A DNA stretch of 64,000 nt from Klebsormidium nitens. Its lineage: Eukaryota; Plantae; Klebsormidiophyceae. Shown here piece after piece: positions 12,001 through 22,400 of the stretch. Position numbers and translations under genes: made by a program. The notes beneath the pieces were generated by a model. It was not told the origin of the DNA. It searched no databases and was given only the letters and a program-made list of their open reading frames with translations. The stretch lies in NCBI GenBank assembly GCA_000708835.1, contig DF237043.1, forward strand, positions 124,001 to 188,000, written 5' to 3'. The stretch's first letter is position 1; every line of letters starts with the position of its first letter.

Positions 12001-14730
12001 ACCTGCAGGCGCCGGCAGGCACCGAGGGTAGCAACGCACAGCCGAGACTCCGATTTTACGATCTATTCCGATGACCCGAGCCTACCGGACGTCGGGGCCC
12101 TCGCCCGTACGGAGACGGCCCGGTACGTCAAGGCGGCTGGCTGGANNNNNNNNNNNNNNNNNNNNNNNNNNNNNNNNNNNNNNNNNNNNNNNNNNNNNNN
12201 NNNNNNCATTCCGATGACCGAGCTCGACTGGGCCTGCCTCGAGAGCCGGTACGTCAAGCGGCTGCTGACGTCACTGTGCTTCAAGTACCCCCGGCACGGG
12301 GCGGCGTACTGGAAGGTCCCCGGAGATTGCGGATGGGGGTGGTTAGAGCGGGTTAGGGGCTGGGTTAGCGAAGCGCGCGCTAACCTGCCGGAGGAAGTCG
12401 AAGACGCGCCCGCTCCCGAGCCGGTTGCCAGAGGTGGCGGGCGCCGCGCACGCATCGACTGGTCGGATGACGACGATGGTGACGTTATCAGGAGGCCGCG
12501 AGCGGTCACGATGGAAGAAGGCGGTGTGGGTTCGGACGGAGAAGGGTTAGGCGCGCCGCCGAAAAGGAAAAGGTTGGTTAAGAAGGGCGAGGAAAGTGGG
12601 GGAGAGGAAGCGCGAGTGCGAGCGAAGCCGGAAGCGAGGCTCGCAAAGGAAAAGCGGAAAGAAGAAAAGCGGTTGGAGAAAGCGAGGAGGCGCGCGCAGT
12701 TGATGACAGAGGGCGGAGGTGGCGCGCGAGCGCGCGCGCCGAGGAAGGAGCGCACGGGTCCGGTTAAGAAGCGAGTTAGGCGGGAGGTTCCGGAGCTGGA
12801 GCCGGACAGTGAGGTGGACATGGACGACATCAACGCGTTTTTGGCGAAGGAGGCGGACGGGAGGCGAGTTAGGGAGGAGGAAAACCAGGTTAAGGAGGAG
12901 TTAGCGGAGAAGGAGATGCAAGAGCGGATTGCGCGTGGGGAGGAAGTGGAGGAGGTTCCTAAGGGGAAGAAGAAAGGGGCGGCGGCAAAGAAAGCGGTGC
13001 CGAGGAAACGTGCGGCGCCGAAGAGGAAGGCACCGGCGAAGAAGAAAGGGACGACGCCGGACTTCATTATTGATGAGAACGTAAGCGACAGTGATTCGGA
13101 CGGCGAGGTGGCCCCGGTGGATGAGGAGCGTCCGGAAGAGAGTCTGGCGGAAAGCGGTGGGGAAGCGGAAACAGCGAAAGGCAGGAAGCGGAAGCGTGGG
13201 GTTGCGAGGAAGGAGGCGCCCGCGAAGAAGTCGGCGAGAGGCAGGGCAGCCAAGAAGCAGGTAGCGGATGAGGATTCGGACGCTGATGATAGCGTTCCGG
13301 ACGCCGAAAAGGACGACACGAATGCAGTATCGGACGGTTCGGACGCCGAGGAAAGCGACTCGGGTGCCGAGGGAGACCGTTCGGACGTTGAAGAAGGCCG
13401 TTCGGACGCTGGAGAACCGGGCTCGGACGGAGAATCTAATGCGGAGAGCGAGGAGGTGGCTCCTACGAAGAAGGCTCCCAGCGAAAGGGGGAAAGCTGGC
13501 GGTAAAACTGGGGCAGCACAGAAGAGGTCAGGGGCTGTGAAGCACAAACCGGTTCCGAAGCGGAAAGCCGCTCCGAAGCGGAAGCCCGCTCCGGCGAAAA
13601 GGAAGAAGGCTGCACGACAGAGCGGGGACGATGACGTCAGCGGGGGCCCCGGGTCCGACTCCGACGCGGACGGGCACGTGTCTCCCGTCCGGAAGGGCAG
13701 GCGCGGTGCGAAAGGCGTGTCGGCAAAGGGCAAGAAGAAGGCGGGTACGCGTCACAAAACGGATGACGTCATTGCCGAGGCGGACAGCGGGGATGACGTC
13801 AGCGCGGACGGGAGGGGCAGCGGAGGCTCCGGCAGTGACAGCGGCAGCTCGAGCAGCAGCGAGAGTGGGAGCGGATCCGGTTCCGGCAGCGAGAGCAGAT
13901 CCGATTCCGGCAGTGGGTCTGGCAGCGGATCTGATTCGGATAGCGAGTCTGGGTCTAGCAGCTCGTCCAGCGAGAGTGAGGTGGACGAGACAAGGCCCGG
14001 GAAGAATGCAGGCGGGGCTGCCAAAACGGAAGGCCCTGTTGCGGCGGACGGTGCGGGCGAGACAGGGCCTGGGAAGGAGGCAGGCGTGGCTGCCAAAAAC
14101 GGAGGCCCTGCTGGGGCGGAGGGCACACAGGAAGAATCTACGAGGAAGGCGAAGGGAAAAGGGGCTGCGGTTCAAGCGAGAAAGCGCAAGGACCGTTCGG
14201 AGAGCGAAAGTGGCAGCTCGAGTTCGAGTAGCAGCAGTGACGGGAGCTCGAGCAGTGGCGAGAGCGATGGGAGCGCGCGCAAAACAGGGCCTCGCGCCGC
14301 GGGTGGAAAAGCAGGCAATAAGAGAGGCCCTGTTGAGAAGAGGGCGAAGGACAGCGAGAGTGACAGTGAGAGCGGGTCGAGTGGCAGCGGTGGAGAGGAG
14401 TCTGAGGACACGAGGCCTTCAAAATTAGCCGGAAAAGGGGGCAAGAAGAAAGGCCATGTGAAGAGAAAGGGGAAGGAAGATGTTCCTTCCGCCAGTGACA
14501 GTGACAGTGCCAGCAGTGGGGAAGATGCTAAGAGGACAAGGCCTCCGAAAAAGGCGGGCAAGGCGGGCAAGAAGGAGGGCCCTGTGAAAAGGAAGGCGAA
14601 GCGGAGCGACGTTTCTGGCAGTGACGAGAGCGGAAGCGGGGGTGAGGGGCGGGTGGGGGCAGGGAAGGGGGCCAACACCAAGGGAAAGAAAGGAGGCAAA
14701 AGAATGCCGCCCAAGAAAGGAAAGAGGTAA
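1..14730 (+). CDS. TIMELESS: TIMELESS/Tof1/Swi1 replication-fork protection protein homolog (ATIM-like). The 5' end lies outside the window; there is an assembly gap in the last exon.
   Basis: Exons with canonical GT-AG ends and matching phases: <1-134, 737-934, 1901-2038, 2684-2873, 3389-3519, 4147-4389, 5241-5419, 5947-7132, 7559-7705, 8345-8463, 9045-9101, 9728-9901, 10537-10871, 11398-14730. Timeless-like motifs: LFLTLFRNLLAISD, LLLLEIF, RHSFFAGTY, DMGTLVEMAHTILRMLE, FMELLFWK, Myb-like repeats (IAKRLKQLGL, VARRLKQLNL) and a C-terminal block IPMTELDWACLESRYVKRLLTSLCFKYP...AYWKVP. The frame changes at the N gap, probably an artefact. Confidence 0.9.
4868..5035. repeat. Perfect 2 x 84-bp tandem duplication in a TIMELESS intron
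   Basis: The unit gcgtcgaccttatttcgag...gaggaaactcgttggag occurs identically at 4868-4951 and 4952-5035. Confidence 0.95.
12146..12206. other. Assembly gap (61 N) flanked by a noisy overlap
   Basis: The sequence before the gap (~12064-12145, attccgatgacccgagcc...ccggtacgtcaaggcggctggctgga) is an indel-rich version of the sequence after it (12208-12264, attccgatgaccgagctc...ccggtacgtcaagcggctgctga). Confidence 0.85.
13750..14727 (+). repeat. Protein-level repeats in the TIMELESS tail: Ser/acidic tracts alternating with K/G-rich GPV motifs
   Basis: SGSDSESESGSSSSS-type blocks alternate with RPGKNAGGAAKTEGPV, GPGKEAGVAAKNGGPA, GPRAAGGKAGNKRGPVEKRAK, RPSKLAGKGGKKKGHVKRKGK and RPPKKAGKAGKKEGPVKRKAK. 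Confidence 0.8.
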
Positions 14731-15701
14731 CTGTTTGAAGGCCAACGATAACATGTTGCTATTCGTACCCTCTTTTTGTGAGGGCTCGATAATTGCGGAT
14801 TGTAAGCGTGCCGCTACATCGGTTGAACGAGATAGAACGGCAATCAGAATTCGAGCGCAACCAAAGGGGCTTATGCGCTGCGTCGCGCTCGTACTTCACA
14901 TGTGACACGAATGCCTTTTCGGGCCCATCCAGAGTTCTCCCAAATCTCGTCGATATATAATGCTGAGAAGCCTCCTCGTCCCAATTGAACGTCTCTCTTT
15001 GACCTACGAAGCATTCATCCCGTATCCATCCCGTGCTTGCAAATGGAGGGCGGCTCGTACGGTCAAAGGAGAGATGGGGCTAAGCCAAACGGAAGCGTAC
15101 TGGGTATTCCGCCGGGCCTGCACATGCCCCCATGTCATCCTAATCTGAAATCCGAGTCCTCAACGTTATGAGAAGACGGTGCGGTCCGTCAAACTTGAAA
15201 GTGCGTAGTACCAATGCCTTGCTAACCTAGCGTGTAAGTGGTCGGATGATATCATAGTATGCACCGCGCCGCCCATGGTCCGTGCGACAAACACGTCTGC
15301 AATATATTGTTGAGTCTCGCGAGTCGGACATACATGTGCGTATATATGTAATTAGTTAAAGGAATCAAACGCAATGTGGTACGCTCTAATGAGGTACGTG
15401 CCTAGCTGCCCTACTATATGAAGTCATGTATGAAGTGCCGGCGCCGCGGCCCGCGGGACAATAAACCGGAGATACAACACATATGCAAGATTAGAGTCAC
15501 TGAAAGAATTATCAACAATTGAACAGGCCGGTAGTGCGCGCGCCCAATGATGTTCAATAGCGAGGCCACAAAAGATCGGCGTTGAAGCACTGCACATGGA
15601 TAATTCATGAGCAGCGCGGCCGCGTTTCACAACACAGGATCACTCCAAAACGTACAGCTTTTGCTTTCTGTTTGGCATCAGCCTGCGACGCCATACTGCT
15701 G

Positions 15702-18314
15702 CTAGGCATACTCCCTAACCATCTTATCGAGCAATCCCTTTAGGCAAGGGTAGAGACAAATGACGTCCCCCTCTCCTTCTACCCGCTCCGGTATCAAGAT
15801 TCCCAGCCCCTCGACTTCCGCCCACCTCTCCGGGCGAGTCTCCGGCAGCACCACTACGCCGTTCACCTCTTTCTCTTTCAGTTCTCCCCAGACGTGAGTC
15901 AACGCCTCCCGAGCAATTTGATTGTACCTCGCGTACAGATTGAAAAAATGCCCGATTTGCTTCCGATGTTCCCTTTCCGCCCGACAGAGGACCGCCTCCA
16001 GCTTTTCCGGCGTCAGAACCTCGCCGTCTCTCAGATACACGGAGAAACAAGCACGCCAGGCTAGGGGGCCCCGTCAGCCGTTCCGCCGCTCGCCGCCAGT
16101 CCACGTCGCTGCTCGCGCGGCGACCCAGGTAATGCTCCAACAAGGCCTGCACGTCCGCCGGTTGAGACGGCCGAATCGGAGCCACTTTTGCCAGCTGCAC
16201 TTCTTCTCCGAAGTGCAGCACATTTGCAAGGTCCGAGATGTCGATTGTGTACACGACACGGAGGTTCGGGTTTGCTTCGCAGAGAGTCGCGACCGCGCGC
16301 CCAAACTCGAGCGACAGGTACGTCTTAAAGAGACGTAGGCGCGCTATTGAATTGTTGGAGATGCGCTCGTAGGGTCCTTTCTCCGCGTAGCATTCCATGT
16401 TGCTGAGAACTAGAACGATGAGACCGCTGGCGCGTCCGGTGAGCTTGACTGGATGGGAGTCGCGGGTGACGTATGTATCACCGGCATAAGTCCGAATGTC
16501 GAATCGCACTTGGTCGGGAGCCTGCACGAGATGGCACGTTCATCAGATCTGCGGAGCACTTTTGTCAACATTGAGCAGAGAAACAATCATTTTAAACGTT
16601 GCTTGGTTTTCCATTAAGTTGAGGAGCGAAGAATTGTACAGGTGGCAAAACAACGGAGGCAAACATCTCAAGCTGAGCCTTGTGTTTGAATTGGCTTTCT
16701 ATATGTCGTCAGTCTGGCTAGATTTCAGCATGGAGTTGTCTGACGAAGTGGAACTGAAGTGACTGAACTCAAGGACCATGTCTATCACGGTCTGCGTCCC
16801 TCTCTACTGCCTTCGAACAGCCTGCAATGGCAAGCGGTCCGAACAGAAAGTCGACTTGCGAATCAGCATAATATCTCATGCTCGCTCCACGTCGAGAGCT
16901 TAAAGTGCGAAATATAGGATTAAGATCCTGTCAGGGAGAGAACGGGCGAGCTCTAGAAGGGCACTCACGCCGGCATCAATGATGCGCTGGCACCCCGCCG
17001 CCAAGGCCGCCACGCACGTTTCCACTGTGCCGCGCAGCGCCGCGCGAACCTCCCCCACCGTCGCGCGCGCATTGGCCTCCAAGTGCGCCTTTACCAGAAT
17101 GAAGCAGTCGGTTATCAGCCGACTGACCGACCCGTTGCGTGCCCCGGTGACGCGCGCGTAGAGCGCGCCCTCCGCGCGCGGCGCGCGCTCCACCGCGCTG
17201 AACTTGCCACACCGGGGGGGCTTGCGCAGGAGCGCCGCGTTCCCGCGCGCGCTGCCTAGGAAGAACGCGCGCAGGTCGTCGCACGTCTGCGTTCGCCAGT
17301 GGCAGAATTCGGGGATCTTGTCGAAGAAGGGGATCAACGCTGAGCCTGCATGAAAACTAGGGAAACTTCTTCTGTTTCTTCTGCTTGGCTGTGAGTTGCT
17401 TGCAGACCAGACGTCAATCATATACAAAAGCCTTGTAGCAGACGGTTCAGGAGGTTTTAGCAGGTTTTAGCAGCGCTTGCAATTCCTGTGCATGAGCAAG
17501 CAAAGTCGCCTTCACCCCTAGCACAATCCAGTCAGCTCAATATAGTTCTCAAGCAGCTTCATTTTGTTCTGGCTTAAGCCCCTTTCCGATCAGTCGGACT
17601 CCAGAGTCGTCTTCCAATGAATTCCACTTTCAACGGATTCCAGTCATGCTCAGGGAGAACGAACACAGTCGTGTGGCCGTATCGATTGTATACCAAGCAA
17701 TCTGCTCTTAGTTAGTTGAAGAAGCAAGGATTAGAGGGACGTTGCTCTTAGCCCGACAAGGTCGCCACCAAGTAATCGAGGGCCACTACCGACTCAAATT
17801 GTGCCATCTGCAATACTAAAGTCACCAAATATGATTTGGACCAAATCTCAGTCCTGAGCTCGTTGAAGATAAAAACCTCTGCAACGTGGTAGATCAAAGA
17901 CAATGCTTGCGTACCGTACAGTATTCTTGAACAAAGCCACCAGCAATTGACCTCGCGGACCTTTGAGCCCTGTGCATAGACAATCTGCTTCGTATAGTGT
18001 TTCAAACAAAGTCCTCCAACCACGGGCTCACCTGCATCATACAGGAGGGGGCTAAAATCTACAACAATCTGAGGCATTAGCTTCTTCGACCAACTATTCT
18101 TGCCTGCCGAAACTGTCCTTAGACTGCATATATTAAAAGAGGAACAGCAACGAACGTGAGGTCACAGAAAGGAATTCAAGCACTCGCCTTGCAGCGCAGC
18201 GTGGTTGTGCTGTCCATCCGCAGACGCGCGGCCCCAACATTCCAACGCCATGCTTGGCGACGTCCGCCTCTTCTTGCTCTCAGAAGCCTCATCAAGATCT
18301 CTGACGTCAACCAT
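15702..18314 (-). CDS. Uncharacterised ~440-aa protein, possibly a degenerate P-loop NTPase with a winged-helix region. It has one 1-nt frameshift at ~16065-16072 (sequencing error or pseudogene).
   Basis: Exon 17345-16969 and exon 16521-15702 join in phase 0 (GCCGGC|gtgagt ... gtgcag|GCTCCC). A tentative first exon 18314-18188 (MVDVRDLDEASESKKRR...) needs a GC donor (AAG|gcgagt). ORFs 15724-16527 and 15702-16040 join if one base is removed from the ggggccccc run (ERLTG-PLAWRACFSVYLRDG). Walker-A-like ALLRKPPRCGKFS. Confidence 0.6.
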
Positions 18315-19429
18315 GATGTCCTCCCCTCCTTACACTCCCACTTACTGAACTGGATGGACTGCTAAGCTTCCCAAAAGACTGCACCACAAACGGTCTTCGA
18401 AAGGTACTGATTTTAGCAGAAGCTCCAATCTGCCGAAAAAGATTCCGACTCACCCGGCGAAGGGCGGTCGTTGGCGGCCGCGGCCGCGGCGCGGAGCGCG
18501 GAGCTAGCCTCACTAGGGCACTGAGCCGGTCGCGGGTGGTCGCGGCCGGCAGCGCGTCCACCGGCGAGTGTCGGTCACAACAAGCTTGAAAACGGACCGT
18601 CTCGACGTACATAATACGTCGAGATGGTAAGCAAGCTTCTTCCCATCAACGGGAGCATGAAGCTGTTGAAGTCTGTAAAGAAGCATGTCGAGGCTGCCGG
18701 CCTATCATGCATCGGCGATACGGGTCTGAGCCACCTAAATCAACATCTTACAATAGTTGTTGTGGCGGTCAACAAAGCAAACTGCTATCTGGCGTTCTCG
18801 TGATTCGATTGGACATGGGTTTATTGCGAGCGGCGCCAGCCACGTGGGACGTCGGATGACTCTGATCAGCTCTGAGTTTCATGCGGGAAAGATGTTCTGG
18901 CTCAGCTAAGGTTTTAAACCTTAGGCTCTCGTTCCCTACCAGCAAGGCCGCGATGCGTCGTTCATGCACGAAGCAGCTTTGAAATGTGAAAGGATTCCTT
19001 GTTCTGCGCCAAATCACCATGTCTGATTGCAATCTGCAGCAGAGACACGGAACCTCGGCACTGAGCAACCGACTAGAACCCAGCAGATTCAAAGCAGCCG
19101 CGGTCAAAGTTTCTGAATTTGAGAAGTCTTCAAGCTTCAAAAGGAGTTGAACTCGAATAATTGGGTTGTTCCGCTGGTAGATGGCGACATGCACGATTGC
19201 TTCTGTATGCTCCCAAGGTTTGTCTTTCCAAAAGCCGCGTCTGTGGAGAAGCTCTCCCGCTTCGCTCCACCCTCTTCCTCACATTCCGTTCCGTTGTCTC
19301 CCTCCCACCGGCAAGTCCGGAGGCCCTCTTCCGTTTCTGGGTTCACGCTTCAACTTGGAACGAGGGAGGAAGAAAGCCCCTGCTAAGAATCAAAAGAAAC
19401 AAGGAAAGTGCGCGCGCAGGCCAGTCGCG

Positions 19430-22400
19430 ATGGTGCGCATCTCTGGCGACTTCTCACCCGGGGCCTCCATGGTCGGGGGACTTCTCCTGGGCATAGCGAC
19501 CAGCCTCCACCTGGCGCTCAATGGGCGTATCACGGGCGCGTCTGGCATCATCAGAGGTAAGCGTGAAGTGTTATGATAATGTGAGAAATACACAAGAGTT
19601 TCTCGAGCCCCTCTACATCAGATATGAGGAATTGGGCCTCTTATCCTTCAGCTTCACGTTGAGAACTTTCTATCTTGACATGCACACATAGCTGTGTTAT
19701 GACACGAGAAGGAATCTGCTGCATGCTTTTGCTTTGTAGGGTTGGACGGCTTTCCAAACCCCTGAATGTAAGGTGACGGTGTAGAAGCTGCATTCAGAAT
19801 TCCCATTATGATACATGAGTGCTCTGACAACGGAGTACCTTCCATTGTGCTTGAGCTTTTTCTATCTTCTGAAGGCCGCGCCGTTACGTCTTGCATGCAA
19901 CGCTGGCTTTGAGACAAAATTTTGGCGTTATGAAGAATTTGAGCAATGAAAACAAAACTTCCGAGCTCTCTGTGCCTTTCAGAATCATCAAGTTGATAAC
20001 CTAACTCCCTTGTGCACCTTCTGGTTCGTCAGGAGGGGTTAGTCGAGTTACTCCGTTCATCGTTCGTCTTTCGCCCTTCTGCCGAACGTCAGATGTATTG
20101 TCAGATTACAGCGTGCTCTACAGCACGATCTGAACTTTTTAGAAAACATTCCAGCAGATCCTAAATGGCTGAAAGAGCATGGGAGTGCCTCAACAACCGA
20201 AACCACTACAAGATCTTCATACTTACTAATCCAACGCCACCCGACTTGCATTCAGAGTCACTCAACCTTTGTACGCGCTCTTTGCGCGCGCGCAGGCGCC
20301 TTCTTCGGTGACGCGGGCGCCACGTGGAAGCGCGCGTTCCTGGGCGGCGTCGGCGTGGCCGCGGTCGCGTGGGAGCTGCTCCAGCCGCAGGTCTACGGCT
20401 CGCTTCCGTACAAGGGCCTCGTTCCGGCCGTCCTCGCCGGAATGCTGGTCGGCGCCGGAACCAAGGTGCGCCACAACATTGCCACCAGTGCGTTTTGCAG
20501 ATTGGAGAAGAGCAGGGAGGATTTTGGAAGACCTGTTCGGAAGCTCTTGTTGGTATTGAGTATAATCTGTGTGTGCCAAATAGACCTCTTGCAGCTTTCT
20601 CCATGAGCAGAGTGGGTCCTCAATGAACCGGACAGCATGCGCAGTAGGCCAACGGATGCATTCTCGTACATAATTGAGGAGAACTCTGGTTTATGCAGAA
20701 TCGAAGGACTTATCCGAGCAGATAGGTATTTCACAAAACGTGTACGAGCAGATATTTCACAAACCGTGTACACAAAATCTGTAGTCGACCACGTTTTGTG
20801 CGCAGCTGAATACGAGTCTGCAGCCAGCAGTGCCCAACTGACATTTTCTTACCCGTATAGGACCACCGGTGACAATATCTGTCATTCTCGGGCCCGGTTC
20901 GCTCAACCGACTGGTTGCCCCGCAGGCGGCCAACGGGTGCGCGAGCGGGCAAAGCGTGCGCGGCCTGCCAATAATTCACCGCCCCAATCAATCCAACATC
21001 CAGCCACAATGTATCTATTGTAAAGCACTCCGGTGGATGACATTGTTACCCGCGTTGACCAACCGGCCTCCCTTTTTGCGCAGCTGGACACAAATGCACG
21101 AGCGGGCCCGCGTGTGCGGCCTGATATTTCTTTTGCACCCACAACGACAATTTGTCGCAATCTTTCTTAAAAGATAAGGCGGGACGACCACCGAGCGCTT
21201 TTGGTGCGCAGCTGGCCAACGGCTAGTCAAGCGGGCAGGGCATGTGCGGCTTGCCAAACCTTCAGGAACCGGATCCTTCATGAAATATACTTTCTCACAT
21301 ACTCAAAAGAACCAACGGACCTCTCTTTGTGTGACAGCTGGCCAACGGGTGCACGAGCGGGCACGGCGTGTGCGGTCTGCCCCGATTGTCGCCGCGCTCG
21401 TTTGTCGCCGTCGCGACCTTCATGGCGACGGGCGCGGCTACGGCGATCGCGGCGACCAGGACCAACGGGTTCGGCCTGGGGGACAAGGTGGCGGTCGCCC
21501 ACGAGAAGTGGCCCATCATTACAGCGATCTACGGGGCAGGTGAGGGGACAATCCTGGCAGAACTAATTTTTGCCGATGTAAAGACTCCAAGCGGCTGAAA
21601 TTGACAATTGTGTTTTGAGATTCTCCGGGCGAGGATAAGTGCAGGACTCTCAAAGAGCCCTGAACGGTCTGCACACACAGTTTTATTTTGAAGGGAGCGC
21701 GGAATGCACCGCAAAAGAATTGTTTCATTTGTGCAACCATGTGCTTCCAAGCTTGCCGTCCAGAGGGCTTTCACAGCACGCCTGCCTTCCTGCCTTCCTC
21801 GCTCGCAACAGCCCGGCTGAACCGCCCGCCTCAGCGTTGTGCACATCTTCAGACCTGACGAATAGCGATACAATTCCGCACAAATCGCACCCGCGTCAGT
21901 ACCTTGCGAGATTGGAAGAGGTGCAGAGTCGAAAGGATGCTGCGGCCCAAAGTGTGGAGTCATCTTGTACGGTGTCCACTCTTTGCCCGTGGCGATCTAG
22001 GCTCACTTCGCTCCGGCCATGTTGCTGTGCAGCGTCTCTGGCGGTTCCTGCCGCCGTTCTGGCGCCGGCCCTGACGGAGCGGGCTCGGCGGAGCGGCGCG
22101 GAAAACAAGAAAGAAAAGGTAAGAAGATCCGTTCCAAAGCTTGGTCTCTTTCCTGAACCCGATTCAATGGTATCCGCCGAAGAATCTTCGAGTCCTTAGT
22201 CATAGTACGAGCTAAAGGATGTCGAACTGGCCGCTGGCATTGACTTCACAGCTTTTTGAGCGGGTCAAGTTTTGATAGCGCCGCGACCGTTCGAAAGCGT
22301 CGGCGAATTGGTCGTAAATGACAATTAATGCATCTTTTCTTCGGTTGATTGTTTTGCAATAACCAGATTCTTTGCGAGCCTTCTCAACTCCTTTCTCCCA

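Noticed and set aside
12063-14754. Long antisense and alternative-frame ORFs over the TIMELESS tail (12063-13733, 13528-14175, 13631-14428 and others)
   Set aside because: They are shadows of a GC-rich, low-complexity coding exon and show no independent motifs.
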